Of a stretch of DNA of 64,000 nucleotides, positions 15,650 through 33,094 are shown piece after piece (position 1 is the first letter of the stretch; each line of letters begins with the position of its first letter). The stretch lies in NCBI RefSeq assembly GCF_009914755.1, contig NC_060928.1, one strand, 5' to 3'. The notes under the pieces are model-generated. The model searched no databases. It was not told where the DNA came from and worked only from the letters and a program-made list of their open reading frames with translations. The position numbers and the translations under genes are program-made. Source of the stretch: the human T2T-CHM13v2.0 reference genome, Homo sapiens.

Positions 15650-18021
15650 TAGGTATACTTTGAAGATATTGAAGATTCAGTTCCAGACCCCCACAGTAAA
15701 GCAAATATTGCAATAAAGTGATAAAAATTAGTCACACTGATTTTTTTGGTTTCTCGGTTGGTGCACATAAAAGTTATGTTTATACTATACTGTAGTCTAT
15801 TAAGTGTAAAATAATATTATGTCAAAAAAGGTACATAATTTAAAAACAGTTTTGATAAAAAATAATAAAGATCATTGAGCCTTCAGCGAGTCATAACGTT
15901 TTTGCTTATGGAGGATCTTGCTTTGATGATGATGGCAGCTGACCAATCAGGGTGGTGGTTGCTGGCTATGGCAGTTTCTTGAAATAAGACAATGAAGTCT
16001 GTGCCATCCATTGACTCTTCCTTGAACAAATGATTTCTCTGCAGCATGTGACGCTGTTTGATAGCATTTTACCCACAGTAGGACTTCTTTGAAAACTGGA
16101 GTCAACCCTCTCGAATTCTGCCACTGCCTTATCAACTAAGTTGATGTAATGTTCTAAATCCTTTGTTGTCATTTCCAAAATGTCTACAGCATCTTCACCA
16201 GGAATAGATTCCACCCAAAGACACCACTTTCTTTGCTCATCTATAAGAAGCAATTTCTCATCCATTCAAGTTGATTATGAGATTGCAGCGATTCAGTTAC
16301 ACCTTCAGGTTCTACTTCTAATTTTAGTTCTCTTGCTATTTCACCACATCTCAGTTACTTCCTCCACTGAAGTACTGAATCCCTCAAAATCATTCATGGG
16401 GGTTGGAATCAACTTTGTCCAAACCTCTGCTAATGTTGACATTCTGACCTCCTCCCATAAATCGTGAATGTTTTTAATAGTAAATCCTTTCCAAAAAGTT
16501 TTCGATTTACTTTTCCCAGATCCATGACAGAAATCACTATCAATGGCAGCTATAGCCTAAAGAAATGTATTTCTTAAATGGTAAGAGTTGAAAATCAAAA
16601 TTATTCTTTGATCATGGGCTGCAGAATGGATGCTGTGTTAGCAAGCATGAAAACAACATTAATCACCCTGTATATTTTCATCAGAGCTCTTGGGTGACTA
16701 GGTGCATTGTCAACGAGTAGTAATATTTTTAAAAGAATCTTTTTTTGAGGAGTGTGGCTCAAGAGTGGGCTAAAAATGTTCAGTAAGCCAAGCCATGAAC
16801 AGATTTGCTGTCCCCCCAGGCTTTGTTTTCCTTCATAGAGCATAACCAGAGTAGATTTAGCTTAATATGTATGGGTTTTGGGATTTTCAGAATGGTAAAT
16901 GAACACTGGCTTCAACTGAAAGTCACCAGCTACATTAACCCCTGACAAGAGAGTCAGCCTATCCTTTGAAGCTTTGAAGCTAAATGTTGACTTCTCTCTA
17001 GCTATAAAAGCTAATGGATGGCATCTTATTTCGATAGAAGACTATATTGTTTACATAGATATTCTTTGTTTAGTGTAGCCACCTTTATCCATTATCTTAG
17101 CTAGACCTTCTGGATAACTTGCAGTGGCTTCTGCATCAGCTCTTGCTGTTTCACCTTGTACTTTTATGTTATGGAGATGGCTTCTTTCCTTCAACCTCAT
17201 GAACTAACCTCTGCTAGCTTCTAACTTTTCTTCTGCAGCTTCCTCATCTCTGTCAGCCTTCCTAGAATTGAAAAGAATTCGGTCTTTACTCTGGATTAGA
17301 TTTTGACTTAAGGGAATGCTGTGGCTGGTTAGATCATCTATCCAGACCACTCAAACTTTCTTCACATCAGCAATAAAACTGTTTTATTTTCTTATCATTT
17401 GTGTGTTCATTGGAGTAGCACTTTAAATTTCTTTCAAGAACTCTTCTTTTACATTTACAACATGGCTAATTGTTTGGTGCAAGGGGCCTAGCTTTGGCCC
17501 TATCTAGTTTTCAACATGCCTTCCTCACTAAGCTAAATCATTCTCAGCTTTTGATTTCAGGTGAGAGGTGTGTGAATCTTTTTTTCACTTGAAGACTTAG
17601 AGGCCATTATAGAGTTATTAAGTGGCCTAATTTCAGTATTGTGTCTCAGGGAATATGGAGGCCCCAAAAGAGGGAGAGAAACTGGGGAATAGCTGATTGG
17701 TGGGGCAGTCAGAGTACACACATTTATCAATTAAGTTTGCTGTCCTGTATGGACAGAATTCATGGTGCTCCAAAACAAATACAATAGTAACATCACATAT
17801 CACTGATTACAGATAGCCATAACAGATATATAATAATGAAAAAGTTTGAAATAGTGCAAGAATTACCAAAATGTGACACAGACACAAAGTGACATAAGCT
17901 GTTGGAAAAATGGTGCCAACAGACTTGCTCAACGCAGGGTTGCCACGAATCCTCAATTTGTAAAAAGGTCAATATCTGCCAAATTCAATAAAGCAAAGCA
18001 CAATAAAATGAGTTATGCCTG
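15650..18021 (-). mobile_element. Near-full-length Tigger1 DNA transposon with decayed transposase
   Basis: TA TSDs at 15648-49 and 18022-23, CAGGCATA-type TIRs. ORFs 16601..16843(-) (LLLVDNAPSHP, SILQPM) and 15966..16265(-) are pogo-family DDE transposase pieces. Confidence 0.93.
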
Positions 18022-18420
18022 TACTTGGGGATTGGAAGCCATCAAATCTTTATACCACCACACACAATGAATGACTGCTTGATTTTACATTTGTGCAAAA
18101 GGTAAACTGCTGCAGTACATTGCAAACCATGGAGCATGAGGGAGTTGTGTGTGTCTGTGTTCAAACAACACAGAGAATGGGTGCTTCACCTGATACAAAA
18201 GCTCCTACAGCAGCCTCTCCATCAGTGCAGCTCCCTCTCACCCCATTGCCTAGATGGAGACAGAGACTGAAAATTGGGAGTACCAGACAGAGAAGGAAGT
18301 TCTCGTGTCATGTCACTCAACCACACAACCTTGGTTGCTTTTCCTCATTCTTCACCTCCTCCCCTGTTCATACAGCTCTTAATTCCCCAGCTTGAAGGAG
18401 ATATTGGAAAGGCTGTGAAT

Positions 18421-18422
<2 letters not shown>

Positions 18423-18458
<36 letters not shown>
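18423..18458. repeat. (GT)18 microsatellite
   Basis: Seen directly. Confidence 0.97.
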
Positions 18459-18462
<4 letters not shown>

Positions 18463-19164
18463 AAAACACAAGAAGCCTCCATTAATTTCCACAATCTCAT
18501 ATCGAGAATATATGAAAATAGAAAAGTCTGAAATTAAACTCCCATGCAGCAGTTAGTACATATATAAATACCTAGCTCTAGTAACAAGGTCTTGGAACTG
18601 GAAACTTTGAAAAGTCATGCAAGGCCCTTTTTTGCACAGATAGGTTACATACCTTATCCTGATAAGAAGGTGGACAATGTCCATGCTGTCATGGAGAAAA
18701 GAAATGTGAAAAATGAACATGCGACTATAATTTACATGTGCTTCCATGATTTGGTTTAAAATATACGGAACCTAATATGTGTTGGTCATTGTACTGAGTG
18801 CCAGGGATCTAGAAGTGATGGAGACAAATACCTGCGTTCAAGAAGCTTACTGTCTAACAGGAAAGGTAAACATATAATAGGACATTTCAATAGATAGCAT
18901 TAACCTCATAAAAGTGGCAAGAACTAAGTACCAAAACACCACATAATGACCCTGAAGAGGGAGGCTGGACCAGAGAATGCTTCACATTCTACGACTAGGT
19001 CTTGAAGATAAATGTTTCCCAGGTAGACAGGAAGACAAAGTTAATCTAGAAACAAAGAATACATAGAAAAATAGAGAAATGAACCCACATGGAACTTTCA
19101 AGGAACAGAAATAATTCTATAATATCTGAGCATGCATTTGACCAGATGAAACTAAGCATACTAC

Positions 19165-19320
19165 GAGATGTTGTAGAATAATGAAATAAGCCCTAGAAGT
19201 TTGGGATTTAGGAATTAGCTCTGCTACTTTGTAGCTGTGAGCCATTGGGCAAGTCAGTCTCTCAAAGTTTCTGCTTTCTCTGTTGTGGAGACAATAATTC
19301 CTGCACAAGATATATGGAAG
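19165..19320 (+). mobile_element. MIR
   Basis: GCTCTGCTACTTTGTAGCTGTGAGCCATTGGGCAAGTCA. Confidence 0.65.
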
Positions 19321-19491
19321 TAAATATGGGCTACTCAATTGAATTTTAGGCAAGGGTACCTTTTGGGGAAGTGTGTAAGTCTGAGACCAGAGGATGAGAA
19401 GGTGGGATAAAATGTTTAGGCTGAGACATAAGGCAAAGCTGAGAAGCGAAATAGAAAACATGGCACTTTCGAAGGGTTAAAAGTTTAATAT

Positions 19492-19781
19492 GGCTGGGTG
19501 CAGTGGCTCACACCTGTAATCTCAGCACTTTGGGAGGCCGAGGAGGGTGGATCACCTGAGGTCAGGAGTTCGAGACCAGCCTGGCCAACCTGGTGAAACC
19601 CCATCTCTACTAAAAATACAAAAATTAGCTGGGTGTGGTGCTGGGTGCCTGTAATCACAGCTACTCAGGAGGCTGAGGCAGGAAAATCACTTGAACCCAG
19701 GAGGCAGAGGTTGCAGTGAGCTGAGATCACACCTGGGTGACAGAGTGAGACTCTGTCTCAAAAATAAATAAATAAATAAAT
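19492..19781 (+). mobile_element. AluSx-like with short right-arm deletion and (TAAA)n tail
   Basis: GGATCACCTGAGGTCAGGAGTTCGAGACCAGCC. Confidence 0.92.
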
Positions 19782-19995
19782 AGGTTTGATATGCCTGGAG
19801 CATGAAGTACCAATAGTGAAAATTGAAGCTGTAGTGGTTAACATGGAAAACCATGAGTTGGGACTTCAGTCAATAGGCTAGTGGTAAAGTACTGAAGATT
19901 TTTTTGTTTGTTTAGTTTTGTTTGGTTATGTTTTGCTTTGACTTTAAAGCAGGAAAGTGATTGAATAAGATGATCCCTTTAAGGCCGATAGGTTC

Positions 19996-20005
19996 CAAGA
20001 TGGCC
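19996..20005 (+). promoter_or_regulatory. YY1 site at the start of the L1 5'UTR promoter
   Basis: CAAGATGGCC at the canonical position near the L1 5' end. Confidence 0.75.
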
Positions 20006-21374
20006 GAATAGGAACACCTCCAGTCTGCAGCTCCCAACGTGATCCATGCAGAAGACGGGTGATTTCTGCATTTCCAACTGAGGTACCTGGTTCATCTCAC
20101 TGGGACTGGATGGACAGTGGGTGCAGCCCATGGAGGGCGAGACAAAGCAGGGCAGGGCATCACTTCACCCGGGAAGCGCGAGGGTCAGGGGACTTACTGT
20201 ACCTGGAAAAAACAGGACCCTCCTGCTTAAATACTGCGCTTTTCCAATGGTGTTAGCAAACGGCACACCAGGAGATTATATCCCGTGCATGGCTCGGTGG
20301 GTCCCACTCCCACGGAGCCTTGCTCACTGCTAGCACAGCAGTCTGAGATCAACCTGCGAGGCAGCAGCCTGGCTGGGGGAGGAGCATCCTCCATTGCTGA
20401 GGCTTGAGTAGGTAAACAAAGCAGCCAGGGAAGCTCAAACTGGGGAACTGGGCAGAGCCCACTGCAGGTCAGCAAGGCCTACTGCCTCTGTTGACTCCAA
20501 CTCTGGGAGCTGGGTCTAGCTGAACAAAAGGCAGCAGAAACTTCTGCAGACTTAAACGTCCCTGTCTGACAGCTCTGAAGAGAGCAGTGGTTCTCTCAGC
20601 AAGGCATTTGAGCTCTGAAAATGGACAGACTGCCTCCTCAAGTGGGTCCCTCACCTCCCATGTAGCCTAACTGGGAGAACCTCCCAGTAGGGGCCGACTG
20701 ACACCTCATACAGGTGGGTGCCCCTCTGGGATGAAGCTTCCAGAGGAAGGATCAGGCAGCAATATTTGCTGTTCTTCAGCCTCCGCTAGTGATACCCAGG
20801 CAAACAGGGTCTGGAATGGACCTCCAGCAAACTCCAAGAGACCTGCAACTGAGGGACCTGACTGTTAGAAGGAAAACTAACAAACAGAAAGGAATAGCAT
20901 GAACATCAACAAAAAGGACATCCACACCAAAACCCCATCTGTAGGTCACCATCAAAGACCAAAGGTAGATAAAACCACAAAGATGGGGAGAAACCAGAGC
21001 AGAAAAGCTGAAAATTCTAAAAACCGGGTGTCTCTTCTCCTCCAAAGTATCACAGCTCCTCACAAGCAACAGAAGAAAGATGGATTCAGAATGACTTTCA
21101 CAAGGTGACAGAAGTAGGCTTCAGAAGATCGATAATAACAAACTTCTCCGAGCTAAAAGAGGATGTTCAAACCCATCGCAAGGAGGCTAAAAACCTTGAA
21201 AAAAGATTAGATGAATAACTAACTAGAATAAACAGTGTAGAGAAGACCTTAAATGACCTGATGGAGCTGAAAACCATGGCATGAGAACTACATGATGCAT
21301 GCACGAGCTTCACTAGCTGATTCGATCAAGTGGAAGAAAGAGTATCAGTGATTGAAGATAAAATTAATGAAATA

Positions 21375-21744
<370 letters not shown>

Positions 21745-23617
21745 CTATGTGAAAAGACCAAATCTACATGTGATTGGTGTACCTGAAAGTGATGGGGAGA
21801 ATGGAACCAAGTTAGAAAACACTATTCAGGATATTATTCAGAACTTCCCCAACATAGCAAGGCAGGCCAACATTCAAATTCAGGAAATACAGAGAACACC
21901 ACAAAGATACTCCTTGAGAAGAGCAACCCCAAGACACATAATTGTCAGATTCACCAAGGTTGAAACGAAGGAAAAAATGTTAAGGGTAGTCAGAGAGAAA
22001 GGTCGATACTCACAAAGGGAAGTCCATCAGACTAACGGAGGATCTCTCAGCAGAAACTCTACAATCCAGAAGAGAGTGGGGGCCAATATTAAACATTCTT
22101 AAGGAAAATAGTTTTCAACCCAGAATTTCATATCCAGCCAAACTAAGCTTCATAAGTGAAGGAGAAATAAAATCCTTTACAGACAAGCAAATGCTGAGAG
22201 ATTTTGTAACCACCAGGCCTGTCTTACAAGAGCTCTTGAAGGAAGCACTAAACATGGAAAGGAACAACCAGTACCAGCCACTGCAAAAACATGCCAAATT
22301 GTAAAGACCATTAATGCTAGAAAGAAACTGCATCAACTTACACGCAAAATAACCAGCTAACACTATAATGACAGGATCAAATTCACACATAACACTATTA
22401 ACCTTAAATGTAAATAGGCTAAATGCCCCAATTAAAAGAATAGACTGGCAAATTGGGTAAAGAGTCAAGACCCATAAGTGTGCTGTATTCAGGAGACCCA
22501 TTTCACATGCAGAGACACATATAGGCTCAAAATAAAGGGATGGAAGAAGATCTACCAAGCAAATGGAAAGCAAAAAAAAAAAAAGCAGGGGTTACAATCC
22601 TAGTCTCTGATAAAACAGACTTTAAATCAACAAAGATCAAAAGACAAAGAAGGCCACTATATAATGGTAAAGGGATCAATTCAACAAGAAGAGCTAACTA
22701 TCCTAAATATATATGCACCCGATACAGGAGCACCCAGATTCATATAGCAAGTCCTTAGAGACCTGCAGAGACCTAGACTCCCACACACAGACACTTCTAA
22801 AAAGAAGACATTTATGCAGCCAACAGACACATGAAAAAATGCTCATCATCAGTGGTCATCAGAGAAATGCAAATCAAAACCACAATGAGATACCATCTCA
22901 AGTCAGTTAGAATGGCAATCATTAAGAAGTCAGGAAACAACAGATGCTGGAGAGGATGTGGAGAAATAGGAGCACTTTTGCACTGTTGGTGGGAGTACAA
23001 ACTAGTTCAATCATTGTGGAAGACAGTGTGGCAATTCCTCAAGGATCTAGAACTAGAAATACCATTTGACCCAGCCATCCCATTACTGGGTATATACCCA
23101 AAGGATTATAAATCATGCTACTTTAAAGACACATTCACACATATGTTTATTGTGGCACTGTTCACAATAGCAAAGACTTGGAACCAACCCAAATGTCCAT
23201 CAATGACAGACTGGATTAAGAAAATGTGGCACATATACACCATGGAATACTATGCAGCCATAAAAAAGGATGAGTTCATTCTTTTGCAGGGACATGGATG
23301 AAGCTGTAAACCATCATTCTGAGCAAACTAACACAAGGGCAGAAAACCAAACACTGCATATTCTCACTCACAGGTGGGAATTGAACAATGAGAACACTTG
23401 GACACAGGGTGGGAACATCTCACACCAGGGCCTGTTGGGGGGTGGAGGGCTGGGGGAGGGATAGCATTAGGAGAAATAGCTAATGTAAATGACGAGTTAA
23501 TGGGTGCAGCAAACCAACATGGCAAATGTATACCTATGTAACAAATCTGCACGTTGTGCACATGTACCCTAGAACTTAAAGTATAATAATAATAATAATA
23601 AAAGATTATCCCTTTAA

Positions 23618-24065
23618 AAAGGAATTTTCTCATAGGCTGGAGAATTAATTGGAGGAGAATCACACTGGAGTCCAACATACCAATGACAGCATAGTTTCAG
23701 TCAACAAGGTAAGACTTGAAGGTAGATTAAACTAAAGTAGCAGAAATGGAGATGTGAGTGGAGAAAACTAAAGGAATTTGAGAAGAATTTAGAAAACCTT
23801 GATAATTTGTTAAAGGCAAGTGTGAGGGAAAGAGAGAAACTAAGGATGAAAATCAGTTCTCTGGGCTTAGGCAGCTGGACGGATAGTTTGCCATTTACTA
23901 CCTAAGAAATGGAAAACTGGAGGAGGAGCCAGTTAGAAAAGGAAAATGAAGAGTTCCATTTCAAACATATTGAGTATGAGATATCTGTAGGACTTCCAAG
24001 TAGCACTATCCAGGGGGCAACTGAATATATACGTCTGAACCCAGCAGAGGGATCTAAGTTGAATG
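23618..24065 (-). mobile_element. L2 fragment, continuation
   Basis: GCAGCTGGACGGATAGTTTGCCATTTACT...GAGTTCCATTTCAAACATATTGAGTATGAGAT. Confidence 0.65.
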
Positions 24066-24084
24066 TAGATGTTCAAAACCTATT

Positions 24085-24317
24085 AAATATATATATTTGT
24101 ATTTATATATATGACCCCATATATATAAATATATATATGACCCCATATATATAAATATATATATAATTACATATAAATATATACAAAAGAAATATATAAG
24201 GATATCTAAGGGCACAAATCCTTGTATGACTCTATACATATATTTATATTTTTATATATATTTATATTTATATATATATATGGAGTCATACAAGGATTTG
24301 TGCCCTTAAGTATCCTT
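24085..24317. repeat. (TA)-rich tract containing a ~40-bp-arm inverted repeat
   Basis: Arms 24198-24238 and 24277-24317 are near-perfect reverse complements. Confidence 0.9.
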
Positions 24318-24566
24318 TACAGCTTTAGAGTACAATTACAATACAAAATAATCTTCTTTACTTCCTTAAAGTATTGGGGCCACACATTTTGAGTCATTTA
24401 TCTATTGTTCATCATTATTTTAAAACATAATATAGGCTTCTTAAATATTAAACATCTAACTTTACATCATATTTTCCTCAAAATAAAAGGTCAAGGCCTC
24501 CATGTAAATAGAATATAGAAGCCAGATTTTAATTAAGTACAGCTATAGTTAGTCTAATATTCTTAC

Positions 24567-24686
24567 CTCTAAATTCTGGGTTAAAATTTTCCTGTTTGTT
24601 GTTGTGAAGTAACTTGGTTTGTGCATTTCTTTATCTTGAAAATTCATATTACTACTGTAACATTTATTCTTTCTAAAGATTTTCAA
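24567..24686 (-). other. Candidate 120-nt exon, open in phase 0 (LKIFRKNKCYSSNMNFQDKEMHKPSYFTTTNRKILTQNLE)
   Basis: TTTTTGTGATTTTACCAG acceptor, GAG|GTAAGA donor, 40 sense codons. I do not recognise the peptide. Confidence 0.4.
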
Positions 24687-25020
24687 CTGGTAAAATCACA
24701 AAAACTTAAGAAAAAATTTCATTCACATACTCCAACCAAGGCTCTTCTTTCTCCCTCCTTCCCTGCATACCATGATCACCTGCACTCCCAAAGAACTTCA
24801 ACAAGTGTCTGCTAAACTTCTCCTTGAACACTTTCAGTATGGGGCAACTCTCATACTCCTCCCGTTTTTGGAGGGGATATCTTTAAATAACAAAAAAATT
24901 CTTCCATATAGTGATCATAAATCTACTTCTCTATAATGTTATTTCATTGGTTCTTCTCCTAGCAACATAAGGAACCATAAGGAATAAAGTTAGCCCCATT
25001 TATTTTAGACAGCCATTGAA

Positions 25021-25023
<3 letters not shown>

Positions 25024-25061
<38 letters not shown>
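25024..25061. repeat. (TG)n microsatellite
   Basis: Seen directly. Confidence 0.97.
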
Positions 25062-25064
<3 letters not shown>

Positions 25065-25271
25065 ACAATATAATCCACTTTGTAGAGCTCACATTGTCTT
25101 GGGTTGTTCTCATTTTTGTAATCAATCTTTTGTACTTTTTCATAACATTTAATTAATAATCAACAAAAAATCGTAAGTCCAAGTTTTATTCGTTAAAAAA
25201 AATCATTTCAACAAGTATTTGTTTCATATGAAAATTGCTAAGGGGTATATACAGCATATAGAAATAAATGA

Positions 25272-26054
25272 GAAACTTCTTTTTCCAACCATGATGGAAT
25301 AACAGAGACCAGGAACAATCTGAATGGAATAACAGAGACCAGAAACATGATGGAATAACAGAGACCAGAAACAACTGAAACCATTAAAAATCTATATAAA
25401 ACACAAAGAACACTTTTCAGACACTGGACCAAAGACAGCACCAGATAGTTAATCCCTAAGAAAAGTGAAGCAAATAAGATTAGCTCGGCAATTACACTAG
25501 TTTACTGGCTGGAGAAAACTTCCAGGCCACAACACAAGGAGGAGAAAACCAAATAGACTCAATTGTCTCCCTAAGATGAAGATAAAGAGTTGAGAATTGA
25601 GGGAAGTCAGGACAGCTAGAATTCACAGTACAGATATGAGATCTGCAGAATTCCCTTGAATCTTCAGCTGAGTGCTAATTAACAGATATAAAACCTAAGA
25701 CCAGTGTAAAACCTTCAAAGAAGATCAAAGGAACTGTCACTGTGTAAGAACCAGGAATAGCTCATGTTCCACCAGATAAAGTTAGAACAAACCTTATAAT
25801 ACATGGAGCACTAGGCAGAGTGCTTAGTAGAATAGTGCCTCAATGGAGGGAAAAATTAGCCCTAGACTGAAGTCAGCTCTAAGACAACATGATAAAGTTT
25901 CAAAGTAAGCCTCAACATGATCAGACAGTTTCCAAATAACTTAATTGCATTTCAAAACAAAGCTCAACAATATTTAAGAAATATAAAAATATTCCTAGCA
26001 CCCAACAGGGTGAAACTAATAATGGCTAGCATCCAGTCAGAAATTTCCAGGCAT
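25272..26054 (+). mobile_element. L1MC/L1MD-type 5' region
   Basis: ACTTCT...CCATGATGGAATAACAGAGACC start typical of old L1M 5' ends, with a local triplication at 25290-25374. Confidence 0.6.
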
Positions 26055-29315
<3,261 letters not shown>

Positions 29316-29849
29316 ATGCTTTACCTATTTTTAAAAATGAATTCATAATAAATATCCTCCCAGTTTTGAGATAAATGAGACATATTATCTACCTTCCACA
29401 AATGAACTAGCTAAGACTCTAGTTTGAGAGACAAACATGCATAAACACTTCCAATACATGAGAAATTTTTTATAAAACTTAGAACACAGGTAGAATCTTG
29501 AGAATATGGGCAATAAAAATAATAACTCCAACTGAGAGAAAGCTTTTTTTATTTAGCTACTACTAACCAAGATCACCCAAGCCTATCTGCATTTATCCCC
29601 ATCTTTGGAAAGTTTAAAAGGCGAGAGTCCAGAGGAATTACTAGTAGATTTATGATTTTCAAAAAAGACAAATTTGGTTCAGAGCAGCTTTCTAATCTCA
29701 GAAACTTGTATCTTAAAGGAATTTAAAGGCCCTGCCTGATTCAGACCATCTGTATTTTCTTTAATATAAAAAAGAACATCTTACTTTCCTCTTTTTAGAG
29801 AAATCTTGTTGATTTCTATTAGTACAAAGTGTTCTAACCTTTTTAATCC

Positions 29850-30000
29850 TGTAGCTGGATCTCATTTATTGGCAACCTGCTATGATAAGTTTGAGGCTTC
29901 TCCAAACTTGATAAACTCAACATTAATGATTTCATCTAAATCACTGATTTTGAGCAGTACCAGACCCTGGACATATCACTGGAGAATGTAAAGAAATGTT
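29850..30000 (-). mobile_element. Possible L3/CR1 RT fragment
   Basis: CAAACTTGATAAAC...TTCATCTAAATCACTGAT resembles the reverse complement of CR1 RT sequence. Confidence 0.35.
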
Positions 30001-30287
30001 TATTTCCTATTGGTGAACTGCACTCACACTCTGCTTGCTATCTGCAGAAAGTTAAACCCAAATCCCTACTTAAAATTAATGATTTTTGGAGTTCTAGTAA
30101 CAAATGCAGGATATTCCTGTCATTAGAAAAAGTAGACAGATGAAATTCTCTCACAACTACCACAGAAGGAAAAAGTATAGTAAGAAGCATTTTAAATGAT
30201 AAAAATGTGATGTAAAAATGTGTTAGGCCTGGGTGGTTGCACTGGGAATGTAAAGGAAAAGACTAAAGTGTGCAAAATTTAGAAGGC

Positions 30288-30593
<306 letters not shown>

Positions 30594-31430
30594 CTATGGG
30601 TATCACTCATATACAGTTATCGAGGAGGATATGAAAGGAGCAGCATGCCTTCCATGTGGCCTCTCTGAAATGTGGTTTGTCATGGACAGGCTTACCGCAG
30701 GCCCTTGAAAGTACTAACAAATGGATGTGGAACATGGAACTGCAATACAACAACCGTTTTTTTAAGCGCTAATATAGAGAACTCATCAATACTGATGTAA
30801 TGCCTCAAGTTTTAGAGTTCTGGGCTCCTCAGTTCCTGTGAGTGCATCCTTCTCTGGCCTTGGAACTGAATTCGCTCACTCTGTATTCTTAATCTTGTGT
30901 ATCTCCTTTATACTTCCCGCCAGCTGGTTTAAAATAAAATAACCTAAACAACCTAGTAAGCATCATCAACCAGGCCAACTGGTCTTCAAACCCATAACAG
31001 CCTGTGTTCTGTCCCAGCTTACCAGGTCACCCCTTCTCCAATCACAGTGCATGCTATTAGACTAATAAATCTACCACTATTTACGTGACACTCCCTAGTC
31101 AATAATTAGCACTTCCCAACTTACAGAATTCAACCTAAAGCCTCTGCTTGTTAAACACCATACTCATTCAAAATTATTTCCCACTGGTTCCAGATAAAGA
31201 TCCTTTACTCTATTCTGTACAGGTCCCTATCTGTAACTGTAATTTGGTCTTGCTCAGTCTTACCTCTGCTCCTGTAGTCATGCTCACCATCTTGAAGGCC
31301 TTTCCCTATTCCCATCCTTCCAGATCCAGTTTAACTTCCACCTTATTTAGAAAGACTTTCCCTGGCAACCAGAGTGTGATTGATATCTTGTCTCAAAAAT
31401 GTCTACAATATTTGAAAATATTCATAATAA

Positions 31431-31848
<418 letters not shown>

Positions 31849-32121
31849 TAGACCAAACACTTCTATATGTGTAACTATATGTCTTCCTTCTCTGTCTCCT
31901 ATAATTCTAACCATAAAACCAAACCTCAGCAAATATATATTGGTTGATTGATTGATAGATTTATTATGTCACTTAAAATAATGATGTTCCAAATTGGTGA
32001 GAGGGAAATTTTGGCTTTGTAATGGAATGTGACTCCCTTGGATCATGTTTTATTTCAGAGTTTGCCACACCATTCTTGAACATTGCATTATGTCTACTGG
32101 AAATTGGTTTCTTGACTTTCT

Positions 32122-32612
32122 TTTTTTTTTTAATATCTTTTTTTTATTATTATACTTTAAGTTTTAGGGTACATGTGCACAACATGCAGGTTAGTTACAT
32201 ATGTATACATGTGCCATGCTGGTGTGCTGCACCCATTAACTCGTCATTTAGCATTAGGTATATCTCCTAATGCTATCCCTCCCCCCTCCCCCCACCCCAC
32301 AACAGTCCCCAGAGTGTGATGTTCCCCTTCCTGTGTCCATGTGTTCTCACTGTTCAATTCCCACCTATGAGTGAGAATATGCGGTGTTTGGTTTTTTGTT
32401 CTTGCAGTAGTTTACTGAGAATGATGATTTCCAATTTCATCCATGTCCCTACAAAGGACATGAACTCATCATTTTTTATGGCTGCATAGTATTCCATGGT
32501 GTATATGTGCCACATTTTCTTAATCCAGTCTATCATTGTTGGACATTTGGGTTGGTTCCAAGTCTTTGCTATTGTGAATAGTGCCGCAATAAACATACGT
32601 GTGCATGTGTCT
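32122..32612 (-). mobile_element. 5'-truncated L1PA3-like 3' end (~490 bp)
   Basis: ORF 32354..32596(-) is the ORF2 terminus. TSD TTGGTTTCTTGACTTTCT at 32104-32121 and 32613-32630. Confidence 0.93.
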
Positions 32613-33094
32613 TTGGTTTCTTGACTTTCTCTTTGTGACTTTCTCTCCTTACCATATTCATTCCTCTGAATATGACTTTTCTTTCCTAATATTTTGGCCC
32701 GTCACTTACATCCCAAGCATCCCTCATAAGTGAGACTAAAATACAATAGGTAAATAGTTTCATTATTATTAACAATGTTTAAAGGTTTAGCCATCAGTAC
32801 AAAACTACAAAAGTGTGATTTCTAATAGTAGATTCTATATGCACTCCTTTATAATATTATAGATTTTATCTATTATGAGATCTTTTTCCAGTCCTCATAA
32901 TGTCTTCAATAAGACTTGGACACTACAAAGGCAGACATTTTTCAGCTATCTCTTTTCTATTTTGTAGCACTTCATTATATTTTTCTGCTCCTAGTGGATT
33001 CTTTGCAAGTAGAAGTAAACTGCTAAAATATTTTGAACCACCAATATTCTAAGGACCATGGGTTTATCGTATAATTAAAACTTTTACTCTTGAT

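Larger units (their letters stand above)
18750..19965 (-). mobile_element. L2 fragments (3' region) interrupted by MIR and Alu
   Basis: CCTAATATGTGTTGGTCATTGTACTGAGTGCCAGGGAT...TCAAGAAGCTTACTGTCTA resembles the reverse complement of the L2 3' end. It continues after the L1PA6. Confidence 0.6.

Noticed and set aside
22770-22810. L1PA6 ORF2 deletion as a spliced L1 retrocopy
   Set aside because: No GT at the 5' breakpoint and the would-be acceptor CAG is retained. Microhomology fits better.
24198-24317. Hairpin as a pre-miRNA or MITE
   Set aside because: The spacer is TA microsatellite, there is no TSD or known TIR, and no expression evidence is available.
25290-25374. Repeat-spacer pattern resembling a CRISPR array
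   Set aside because: Primate DNA, only three units with very short related spacers, inside an L1, and no cas genes.
29325-29410. Possible minus-strand exon (LVHLWKVDNMSHLSQNWEDIYYEFIFKN)
   Set aside because: Weak donor (TAG|GTAAAG) ending in phase 2, incompatible with the phase-0 exon candidate at 24686.
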